Assembly: GCA_965261285.1 (NCBI GenBank)
Contig: OZ253457.1
Span: forward strand, 2,857,396-2,921,395
Length of the DNA: 64,000 bases
Origin: Vicinamibacterales bacterium
Lineage (GTDB): Bacteria > Acidobacteriota > Vicinamibacteria > Vicinamibacterales > UBA8438
Reading direction: 5' to 3'
The notes under the pieces were generated by a model. The model ran no database searches and was not told where the DNA came from. It worked only from the letters and a program-made list of their open reading frames with translations. The translations under genes and the position numbers were made by a program. Shown here piece after piece: positions 53,389-61,287 of this stretch. Within the stretch, counting starts at the first letter, position 1, and every line of letters begins with the position of its first letter.

Positions 53389-53594
53389 GGCCCGCCCCGC
53401 GTCGCCGAACGCGACCGCAGGTCGCGCCGCGGCCTCCGCCGGGCGCCAACCCATCCTACAGGAGTCCGCGCCGTTCCCGGCGCAGACCCTGGCCCGCCCC
53501 GCGTAGCCGAACGCGACCGCAGGTCGCGCTGCGGCCTCTGCCGGGCGCCCAACCGACCCTGCAGGAGCCCGCGCCCTTACGCGGCGCATACCCC
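53389..53594. repeat. 2 x 102-bp tandem intergenic unit ending at the LysM gene stop; each carries two hairpins
   Basis: ggcccgccccgcgt occurs at 53389 and 53491. Each unit has a gcgacc-gca-ggtcgc hairpin and a REP-like ggag(t/c)ccgcgcc...gcgca(g/t)ac element (53461, 53564). Confidence 0.85.
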
Positions 53595-55175
53595 CTAACG
53601 CATCAGGGGAATCCGGAGCGACTGGCCGGGATGGATGAGGGACGACCGGAGGCCGTTCGCGCGGCGCAGGGCGGCTATGGTCGCCCCGTAGAGGCGGGCG
53701 ATGCGGTCGAGGGTGTCGCCGCGGCGCACCACGTGCAGGGTGACCGCGTCCGCGACCGCGGGGCGCGCTCCGGGGACCCGGAGCGACTGACCCGGATGGA
53801 TGAGAGACGACCGGAGGCCGTTCGCACGGCGCAGCCCCTCGACCGTCGCCCCGTAGCGGCGGGCGATGAGATCCAGGCTGTCGCCGCGACGAACCACGTG
53901 GACGGCCGCCGCCCCGGCCGCCGGGGCCTCGCCGCTCCCGTCGGAGGTCCGCCCCGCCGGCCGCTCCGCCCCGGGGACCCGGAGCGACTGGCCCGGATGG
54001 ATGAGAGACGACCGGAGGCCGTTCGCACGGCGCAGCCCCTCGACCGTCGCCCCGTAGCGGCGGGCGATGAGATCCAGGCTGTCGCCGCGACGAACCACGT
54101 GGACGGCCGCCGCGGCCGTCGCCGGCGTCCCGGCGCTCGCGCCGGAGGCCCGGCCCGCCGGCCGCTCCGCCCCGGGGACCCGGAGCGACTGGCCCGGATG
54201 GATGAGAGACGACCGGAGGCCGTTCGCACGGCGCAGCCCCTCGGCCGTCGCCCCGTAGCGGCGGGCGATGAGATCCAGGCTGTCGCCGCGACGAACCACG
54301 TGGACGGCCGCCGCCTCCGCCGCCGGGACCTCGCCGCTCCCGCTGGCGGCCCGTGCCCTCTCTCCGCTCCCGCCGGGGGTCCGGGCCACCTCCCGGCTCC
54401 CGCCGGCGGCCCGAGCCGTCGCCGCGCTCCCGCTCGCGGCCCGTGCTGCCTCTCCGCTCTCACCGGCGGTCCGCGCCGCCAACCCGCTCCCGCCGGCGGC
54501 CCGCTCCGTCTCCGAGCCTCCGCCGGCGCCCTCCGCCGTCAACGCTCTCACGTAGGCCGCGTAGGGCTTCGGGTACACCGCCACGTGATAGTGCGGCGGG
54601 CGGCGCTCGCGAGTCGCCTCGATCACACCCCGGGCCTCCAGCGACAGCAGCACCGCCTCCAGCCAGCCGCGGCAGCGCCCGGCGGGGAGGCGGAGGTCGA
54701 CGGCCATGCCGGTGGGATGGACCGACCGGTCGGAGGCGTTGCGGGGCTGATGGGACAGCGGCCGGGTCAGGCTCGTGACCACCAGCCGCTCCCCGCAGGC
54801 CCGGCGGTACTGCGACGACAGCCGCTCGACGAAGAGCCGGACCTCGGGGCGGGCGAACGGGAACGACACGTCGACGAGGGTGTAGTCCCGGTTCCCCGCG
54901 AGGTGCACGAGCAGGCCGGCGTCGACGAACCGGCGCAACTGCGCGGCGCCCGTCAAGTGCGTGAAGTCGTGCCCCCGGGCCTGGGCGACCTGACGGTCGA
55001 GCGACGCGCTGCTGCCCCGCAGGCTCTGGGCCGACGCTCCCTGGACGCACAGCAGCAGACCCGCCGCCAGGAGCGGAGCCACGGACCGGCGCCGGCGAGA
55101 CCCCCGCGCGGTCGCCTCGCCGGGCGACGGCGCGGGAAGGCGGGACGTTCGGACCAGGAACGATACCAAGCCCAT
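53595..55175 (-). CDS. secreted peptidase-M15-like (DUF5715-like) protein with four C-terminal LysM domains
   Basis: N-domain LVVTSLTRP...SVHPTGMAVDLR...PPHYHVAV. It then has a Gly/Ser/Ala-rich linker and 4 x VHVVRRGDSLDLIARRYGAT..GLRRANGLRSSLIHPGQSLRVP. The start is uncertain: Met92 of the ORF, or Met48 at 55307. Confidence 0.75.
   Translation of the reverse strand: MGLVSFLVRTSRLPAPSPGEATARGSRRRRSVAPLLAAGLLLCVQGASAQSLRGSSASLDRQVAQARGHDFTHLTGAAQLRRFVDAGLLVHLAGNRDYTLVDVSFPFARPEVRLFVERLSSQYRRACGERLVVTSLTRPLSHQPRNASDRSVHPTGMAVDLRLPAGRCRGWLEAVLLSLEARGVIEATRERRPPHYHVAVYPKPYAAYVRALTAEGAGGGSETERAAGGSGLAARTAGESGEAARAASGSAATARAAGGSREVARTPGGSGERARAASGSGEVPAAEAAAVHVVRRGDSLDLIARRYGATAEGLRRANGLRSSLIHPGQSLRVPGAERPAGRASGASAGTPATAAAAVHVVRRGDSLDLIARRYGATVEGLRRANGLRSSLIHPGQSLRVPGAERPAGRTSDGSGEAPAAGAAAVHVVRRGDSLDLIARRYGATVEGLRRANGLRSSLIHPGQSLRVPGARPAVADAVTLHVVRRGDTLDRIARLYGATIAALRRANGLRSSLIHPGQSLRIPLMR
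53771..54315. repeat. 3 x 201-bp in-frame tandem repeat (LysM modules) with near-identical cores
   Basis: The spurious plus-strand ORFs at 53866, 54067 and 54268 share an identical first 15 residues, which gives a 201-bp period. A fourth, diverged LysM lies at 53600-53760. Confidence 0.9.
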
Positions 55176-55454
55176 ACCCGCGATTTCGGCCGACCGGTCG
55201 ACGGACTTTAGCCGGTCGCGAAGCAGCCATCGCGTGCGCGTCGCCGCCTTCGGAGCGTCCGGACCACGACGCACGTCAGCGGCCCGTGGCGAAAGCCCCC
55301 GCTGCATTGGAGCGGCAAAGCAACCCGCCCGACTGCGGGGTTCGTCGCTTGCACATGGCCGGTATGCGCCCTCCTCACGCCTTGTCAGGCTGGCGCCTCG
55401 GCCGTCTGCCGGCGCGTTCCGGCGCCATGCAACGCGGGGCTTCACCATGGGCTG

Positions 55455-56177
55455 TCAGGGCGCGACGAACGAGCGCATGACCACGATGACGCCTGCCGTC
55501 GCGGCCACCGCGAGGACCGCGGGCCGGGTGTAGCCCCGGTCCAGCCGGCTCGCGAGGCGGCGCGACACCAGGAAGCCGAACACCGCGCCCGGCAGCATGA
55601 ACAGGGTGAGGCGCAGCTCCGGCCCCCCGAAACGCCCCGCCGGCACCAGCGCCGCGATCGAGACGATGGTGCCGACGAAGAAGAGGCTCGACAGCGTGCC
55701 CCGGAACTTCTCGCCGGAGGCGTGCTGATAGAGCAGCGCGAGGGGCGGCCCGCCGATGGCGGCCACCGTGCCCATCAACCCCGACAGCACCCCCCCGGCC
55801 ACGAGCGTCGACGGGCGGGGACGGACGTGCACGCCCGAGACGCTGATCGCCACCGCCAGGATCACCATCAGCCCGAACACGCGGCTCAACTGGTCCGGCG
55901 GCAGCACCGCCAGCACCGCCGCGGCCGGAAGGGTCCCCGCGACGCGGCCGGCCAGGGCCCAGCCGACTCCCCCGAGATCGATGCCGCGGCGCTCGCGCAC
56001 CGTCACCATCAGCGTGAACACCATGGTCGACGCGAGCACGGGTCCGGGGACGAGCCGCGGATCGATCAGGATGAGGATCGGGGTGCCCAGAATGCCCATG
56101 CCGTAGCCGACGGCCCCCTGCAGGGTGAATCCGGCCACGCTGCACAGCACGACGACGGCGAGATCGAGGGGGGACAT
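55455..56177 (-). CDS. TauE/SafE family sulfite/anion exporter
   Basis: A 240-aa polytopic protein. FTLQGAVGYGMGILGTPILIL and GLMGTVAAIGGPPLALL are typical of the TauE/SafE family. Confidence 0.8.
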   Translation of the reverse strand: MSPLDLAVVVLCSVAGFTLQGAVGYGMGILGTPILILIDPRLVPGPVLASTMVFTLMVTVRERRGIDLGGVGWALAGRVAGTLPAAAVLAVLPPDQLSRVFGLMVILAVAISVSGVHVRPRPSTLVAGGVLSGLMGTVAAIGGPPLALLYQHASGEKFRGTLSSLFFVGTIVSIAALVPAGRFGGPELRLTLFMLPGAVFGFLVSRRLASRLDRGYTRPAVLAVAATAGVIVVMRSFVAP

Positions 56178-56491
56178 GTCGCGTCACGGCCACTGCGCGC
56201 CGGTACTGGCCGCTTTCGCGACGAGAAGGATCGGCAACCGGGTGCGGGCAACCCCGGAGCGTACCACGGACGCGAGGCGAGCGTCGCCGCGGCGCGGCCG
56301 GGCAAGCCCCCGCGCCGACGCCCGGTCTCCACCGCCGGGAGGTCTGGGACGACGCGGGATCCCAATCCAGCCTGCCCGGGCCATTCGCGGCCCCCGGCGC
56401 GGCACCAGGCCGACGTTCAAGCCCGACGCGGGCGTGTTCCGGCCCGGCGGCGCCGCCCGGGCGCTTCCATCGGGCGGGTACACTAGAGGGC

Positions 56492-57181
56492 GTGGAACGC
56501 CAGCCCCGATCCGTCGCGACGCCGCGGCCCGCCGCCTCGGTGGTGCTCCTGCGAGACACTCCCGCGGGGCCGGAGATCCTCTATCTGCGCCGCAGCCCCG
56601 ACCTCAAGTTCATGGGCGGCTACTGGGTGTTCCCCGGCGGGCGCATCGACCCCGGCGACCACCCCCGGGACGGCGGGAGCGACGAGCTGGCCCCGGCACG
56701 GCAGGCGGCGGCGCGCGAGGCGCTCGAGGAGGCAGGGGTCAGCGTCGATCCGGCGGTCCTGCATCCGATATGCCAGTGGACGACGCCGGCGACGAGCCCC
56801 ATCCGGTTCGCCACCTGGTTCTTCGCCGCCGCGGCCGACCCCGCCGCCGTGCGCGTCGACGGCGTCGAGATACACGACCACCGCTGGTGGAGGCCGCCCG
56901 ACGCCCTCCAGGCGCACCGCGAACAGCGCATCCTGTTCGCGAACCCGACCTTCGCCCTGAGCACGCGCCTGGCCGGCCACGCCACGGTCGCCGAAGCGCT
57001 CGCGGCCGTCGACACATGGCCCCGGGAGCGCTTCCTGGGCCGCCTGCACCCTGCCGACGGCGGGCGGGTCGCCCTCTACGCCGAGGACTGCGGCTACCAG
57101 ACCGGCGACCTCGACTGCGCCGGACCCCGGCACCGCATCTGGATGATCGACGGCGACTGGCGCTACGAGCGGGACTTCTGA
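56492..57181 (+). CDS. NUDIX hydrolase
   Basis: Nudix box-like FPGGRIDPGD...ARQAAAREALEEAGV. GTG start. Confidence 0.8.
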   Translation: MERQPRSVATPRPAASVVLLRDTPAGPEILYLRRSPDLKFMGGYWVFPGGRIDPGDHPRDGGSDELAPARQAAAREALEEAGVSVDPAVLHPICQWTTPATSPIRFATWFFAAAADPAAVRVDGVEIHDHRWWRPPDALQAHREQRILFANPTFALSTRLAGHATVAEALAAVDTWPRERFLGRLHPADGGRVALYAEDCGYQTGDLDCAGPRHRIWMIDGDWRYERDF

Positions 57182-57264
57182 CCCCGGCAATCTCCCAGCC
57201 GCGCCAGCGCCCCGGGCTGTCAATCACAAGCCATCGCGATACATCATGACTCCCCGTAGCGGCA

Positions 57265-57414
57265 CTACATGCCCCACACGTGAACATCGGCGGCGCCCAC
57301 GGACTCGCGACGGTGGAACACCCTGTCCTCCCACGCCTGATCGCGACGGTCGAAGATGATGCAGTAACGGTTCGCCGCGACGACGGGCCCGGTGGTGTTG
57401 AAGACGCGGGACAT
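57265..57414 (-). pseudogene. 49-codon collapsed remnant of an ATP-binding (AAA-like) protein: N-terminal tip fused to C-terminal tail
   Basis: In MSRVFNTTGPVVAANRYCI/IFDRRDQAWEDRVFHRRESVGAADVHVWGM, both halves resemble the conserved N-terminus (FNT.GP....HY) and C-terminus (..FD.R...W.E.....VWGM) of a ~400-aa family I recall. It is not in the ORF track. Confidence 0.3.
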
Positions 57415-57494
57415 GGAGAAACCGTCGAGGCGCGACGGATGGCCGCGCCCGCGCCGGGGTGGGGGCCGAACCGATCCCGGCCTCGGACCGACCG

Positions 57495-59555
57495 CTACTC
57501 AGGCGCCCGAAAGGCGATCAGCTCGCCCGAGCGCCCTCCCCCGCTCACCGTGACCACCAGGTACTGCACGCCGTCCAGCGCGTAGGTCATCGGCGAGCCG
57601 GTCTGCGGCGCGGGCATGTACCGGGTGCCCACCTCGCCCCCCGTCGCCTTGTCGTAGGCCCGCAGCATGGCGCCGCGCTCGCCCGAGGCGTCGGTGGTGG
57701 CCTGGGGGTCGCCGGCGATGAGCAGGGTCTTCGTCACCAGGGTGCCGACGCTGCCGGGCTGGCCGGTGCGGGGGATGTCGAGGCCCCGCAGCGCCTCGTG
57801 GTTGCGGATGTGGTCGGGCGTCTCGCCGTGGGGAACCTGCCAGAGAATCTCGCCCCGGGTCATGTCGATGGCGCTGATGGTGCCGTAGGGCGGCTTCAGC
57901 ATCGGCAGGCCCCGGATGGTGAGCTGGGCGCGCTGCCGCTGCTCCGCCGTCAGGAGCGGCCGGGGCGGCACCGTGAAGCTCGTCCGCCCCCCGCCCGCCG
58001 CCGACCCCGCGCCCCCGGAGGTGCGGGGCCCGGTCACCGCGTTCCCCTGGATGTAGGCCATGTCGGACTGCCCCGGGTACGGGGGCACGATGCCCAGCGA
58101 CCCCAGCGAGCTGTTCGACGACACGTAGAGGACGCCGGTCTCCGGATCGAAGGACCCGCCCGGCCAGTTGGTGCCGCCCCCCTGGGCCGGCGCCATCAGC
58201 GTGCCGAGGGGCCCGTCGAGCTCGCTGACCACCGGCGGGGTGAACATGGGACCCAGCTTGTAGAACGACGCCCGCTCCACCGCCTCGGCCCGCAGCTCGG
58301 GCGTGAAGTCGATGAGGTCGTCGACGGTGACGCCCTGCCGGTCGTAGGCGGGGGGACGGGTGGGGATGGGCTGCGTCGGCGAGTACCACTCGCCGGGGAC
58401 GTCGCCGGCCGGCACCGGCTGCTCCTCGATGGGCCAGATCGGCTCGCCCGTCTCGCGGTCGAAGACGTACAGGAACACCTGCTTCGTGGGCTGGGCCACC
58501 GCCTTGATGGTCTCCCCGTCGATGACGACGTCGAGCAGGATCGGGGCGCAGGGGATGTCGTGGTCCCAGATGCCGTGGTGCACGAGCTGGTAGTGCCAGC
58601 GGCGCTCGCCCGTGTACAGGTCGACCGCGACGAGGCTCTCCGCGAACAGGTTGTCGCCGGGACGGTTGGCCCCGAAGTAGTCGCCGGTCGCCGCCTCCAC
58701 CGGCAGGTAGACGAGCCCCAGCTCGACGTCGACCGAGATCTGCCCCCACACCCCGGTGTTGCCGGTGTAGACGGCCGAATCGGCGAGCCACGTCTCGCGC
58801 CCGACCTGGCCGGGGCGCGGAATGGTGTGGAAGATCCACAGCCGCTCGCCGGTGCGCACGTCGTAGCCGCGGACGTAGCCCTTCACGTTGGCCCGGCTGC
58901 GGGGGTTGCCGCCGGTGCGGTGGGCGGCGCCGACGATGACCACGTCGCCGGCGACGATGGGCGTGGCGTGCAGCCCGACCTCGCCGGTGACCGGGTCGAT
59001 CTGCTGGTCGTTGTCGCGCTTCAGGTCGACCAGGCCGTCCCGCCCGAAGCCGGCAACGCGGCGGCCGGTGGCCGCATCGAGGGCGACCAGCCGGTAGCCC
59101 GGGGTGACGTAGACCACCCGCGGCGGCTCGCCCCCCTCGCCCCCGTCCCAGTAGGCGAGCCCGCGCCCCGACAACTGCCGCGGGGCGGCCGCGCCCCGAG
59201 GCCCCTCGTCGAGGCGGTGCACCCACAGCAGCTCGCCCGTCGCGGCGTCGAGGGCGACCACCGCCCGGCGCGACCCCGCCGTGGAGTAGAGCACCCCGTC
59301 GACCACGAGCGGCGTCGACTGGAACCGGAACTCCGGCACCGGCCCGAGGTTGTCGGTGCGGAACCGCCACGCGATCTCGAGGTCCGCGAAGTTGTCCGCG
59401 GTGATCTGCTCGAGGGGGGCGTACCGGGTGTGGCCGAGGTCGCCGCCGTAGGTCGGCCACTCGCCGCCCACGGCGCCGGTCTGGGCCGACGCCGGCGCCG
59501 CGCCCGACAGAAAGATGGCTGCAAGAAGACCCGCGATATCCTTACGCTTGAACAT
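57495..59555 (-). CDS. PQQ-dependent dehydrogenase (quinoprotein glucose/quinate dehydrogenase-like), secreted
   Basis: Starts MFKRKDIAGLLAAIFLSGAAPASAQ, then GEWPTYGGDLGHTRYAPL. W-motif propeller blades are present, along with NLFAESLVAVDLYTGERRWHYQLVHHGIWDHD. Confidence 0.9.
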   Translation of the reverse strand: MFKRKDIAGLLAAIFLSGAAPASAQTGAVGGEWPTYGGDLGHTRYAPLEQITADNFADLEIAWRFRTDNLGPVPEFRFQSTPLVVDGVLYSTAGSRRAVVALDAATGELLWVHRLDEGPRGAAAPRQLSGRGLAYWDGGEGGEPPRVVYVTPGYRLVALDAATGRRVAGFGRDGLVDLKRDNDQQIDPVTGEVGLHATPIVAGDVVIVGAAHRTGGNPRSRANVKGYVRGYDVRTGERLWIFHTIPRPGQVGRETWLADSAVYTGNTGVWGQISVDVELGLVYLPVEAATGDYFGANRPGDNLFAESLVAVDLYTGERRWHYQLVHHGIWDHDIPCAPILLDVVIDGETIKAVAQPTKQVFLYVFDRETGEPIWPIEEQPVPAGDVPGEWYSPTQPIPTRPPAYDRQGVTVDDLIDFTPELRAEAVERASFYKLGPMFTPPVVSELDGPLGTLMAPAQGGGTNWPGGSFDPETGVLYVSSNSSLGSLGIVPPYPGQSDMAYIQGNAVTGPRTSGGAGSAAGGGRTSFTVPPRPLLTAEQRQRAQLTIRGLPMLKPPYGTISAIDMTRGEILWQVPHGETPDHIRNHEALRGLDIPRTGQPGSVGTLVTKTLLIAGDPQATTDASGERGAMLRAYDKATGGEVGTRYMPAPQTGSPMTYALDGVQYLVVTVSGGGRSGELIAFRAPE

Positions 59556-59750
59556 GGCGTCAGTATACGTCCGTCTCCGGCCGCCCGTGGCGAGACGCCG
59601 CGTCGCACCGCGCCCGGCGGGCGCCGGCAGACCGGCGAGCCGCCCCGGCGGGGTGCATCGCCGCCCGACCGCCGCCGGGGCCGTCGCCACCGGGGTGCCA
59701 GGGGCCGGGCGCGCCACCGTCACGAGCCGCCCGCCACCACGGAGCCCAGC

Positions 59751-60536
59751 ATGCCCTCTGATTCCCCGGAAGTGCGCACCGACATCGAGCCCCTCGGCGA
59801 CACCGGCCGGCTGGCCCGCGTCACCGTCCACAACCCCGCGCGCCTCAACGTGCTCGACAGCACGCTCACCCGCGAGCTGATCACGACGTTCCGCAATCTC
59901 GGCGGGGAGAAGGACCTGCGGTGCGCCGTGCTGACCGGGTCGGGCCCGCGCGCCTTCATCGGGGGGGCCGACATCCGGGAGATGGCCGGCCTGACCCCCG
60001 AGACGACCCACCCGTTCATCAGCCGGCTGCACCTCGCGTGCACCGCGATCCGGCGACTGCAGGTGCCGGTCATCGCGCGGATCAACGGGTACTGCCTCGG
60101 CGCCGGGGTCGAGATCGCGGCCTCGTGCGACCTCCGCGTCGCCGGCGAGAGCGCCACCTTCGGCATGCCCGAGGTCAAGGTGGGAATCCCCTCGGTCATC
60201 GAGGCGGCCCTGCTGCCGCGGCTCATCGGCGCCGGCCGGGCGCGCGAGCTCGTCTACACCGGCGAGCCCATCACCGCGGCCAAGGCCGAGCGGTGGGGCC
60301 TCGTCGAGCGGGTCGTGCCCGACGACGAGCTCGACGCGGCGACCCGCCGGTGGGTCGACGCCATCGCCGCCGCCGGTCCCCACGCCATCCGGTCGCAGAA
60401 GGCACTCGTGCAGCGGTGGGAGACCCTGCCCCTCGATCACGCCATCCAGGTCGGCATCCGGTCGTTCACCAGCGCCTACCACACCGACGAGCCGCAACGT
60501 TACATGCAGGCGTTCCTCGACCGGAAGCGCGGGTAG
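59751..60536 (+). CDS. enoyl-CoA hydratase/isomerase (crotonase) family protein
   Basis: VLTGSGPRAFIGGADIREM, INGYCLGAGVEIAASCDLRVA and FGMPEVKVGIPS. Confidence 0.9.
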   Translation: MPSDSPEVRTDIEPLGDTGRLARVTVHNPARLNVLDSTLTRELITTFRNLGGEKDLRCAVLTGSGPRAFIGGADIREMAGLTPETTHPFISRLHLACTAIRRLQVPVIARINGYCLGAGVEIAASCDLRVAGESATFGMPEVKVGIPSVIEAALLPRLIGAGRARELVYTGEPITAAKAERWGLVERVVPDDELDAATRRWVDAIAAAGPHAIRSQKALVQRWETLPLDHAIQVGIRSFTSAYHTDEPQRYMQAFLDRKRG

Positions 60537-60613
60537 CGTCGGCATTTCGCGGCGATCCGGCATCGGCTATACTCTGGCTACACATCGCGATGAACGCAGA
60601 GGGGCTGTGAGGG

Positions 60614-60862
60614 ATGGTCACTACCGTTCAGAAGTGGGGGAACAGCCAGGGACTTCGAGTCGCGAAGTCGGTCCTGGCGGAAGCCCGGATCGGCGTCGGC
60701 GATCAGGTACGCGTGTCTGTCCAGGACGGACGCATCATCGTCGAGCCCGTATCCCGCGTGCGCGGCAGCCACGACCTGCGTGCGCTGGTAGCCCGAATGC
60801 CGAAAGACTACCAGGTCGAGGAAACGGATTGGGGCCCCCCGGTCGGTCGGGAAGCCTGGTAG
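60614..60862 (+). CDS. mazE: MazE/AbrB-fold antitoxin
   Basis: MVTTVQKWGNSQGLRVAKSVLAEARIGVGDQVRVSVQDGRIIVEP. A candidate TATACT -10 element is at 60568. Confidence 0.9.
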   Translation: MVTTVQKWGNSQGLRVAKSVLAEARIGVGDQVRVSVQDGRIIVEPVSRVRGSHDLRALVARMPKDYQVEETDWGPPVGREAW

Positions 60863-61207
60863 ATGTCGAAGTACGTTCCCGAGAAGGGGGACTTCGTGAT
60901 CCTCACCTTCGATCCACAGGTGGGGCGCGAACAGAGGGGCCGGCGCCCGGCCCTGGTGGTCAGCAGCACGCTATTCAACCGCCACACGGGACTCGCCATG
61001 GTGTGCCCCATGACCAACACCTGCCGACACGTCCCGTTCCACGTCGAAGCGCCGGCCGACTCATCGCTGACCGGCTACATCATGGTCGATCAGATCAAGT
61101 CGATCGACTACCGCCTCCGGCACGTGCGGTTCGTTGAGAAGGCGCCCGCGTCCGTGCTCGACGAGGCGCTCGGCATCCTCGACGCGTGTCTCTATGGCCC
61201 CCACTGA
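60863..61207 (+). CDS. mazF: MazF/PemK endoribonuclease toxin
   Basis: YVPEKGDFVILTFDPQVGREQRGRRPALVVSS...MVCPMTN...DQIKSIDYR. The start abuts the mazE stop. Confidence 0.9.
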   Translation: MSKYVPEKGDFVILTFDPQVGREQRGRRPALVVSSTLFNRHTGLAMVCPMTNTCRHVPFHVEAPADSSLTGYIMVDQIKSIDYRLRHVRFVEKAPASVLDEALGILDACLYGPH

Positions 61208-61287
61208 CGTCCAGCCGCCGGCATCCAGCGCGGAACTTGCGCCCCCGTTCCCGTCCGGACCGGCGCAGAGCGGAAGATAAGCAACCG

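Noticed and set aside
1108-53594. Echo arrays considered as assembly artefacts.
   Set aside because: Most copies differ by substitutions and small indels, and they decay with distance from the gene. Assembler-induced duplication would not produce this. The identical pair at 43150-43313 is the only one that really needs read-level confirmation.
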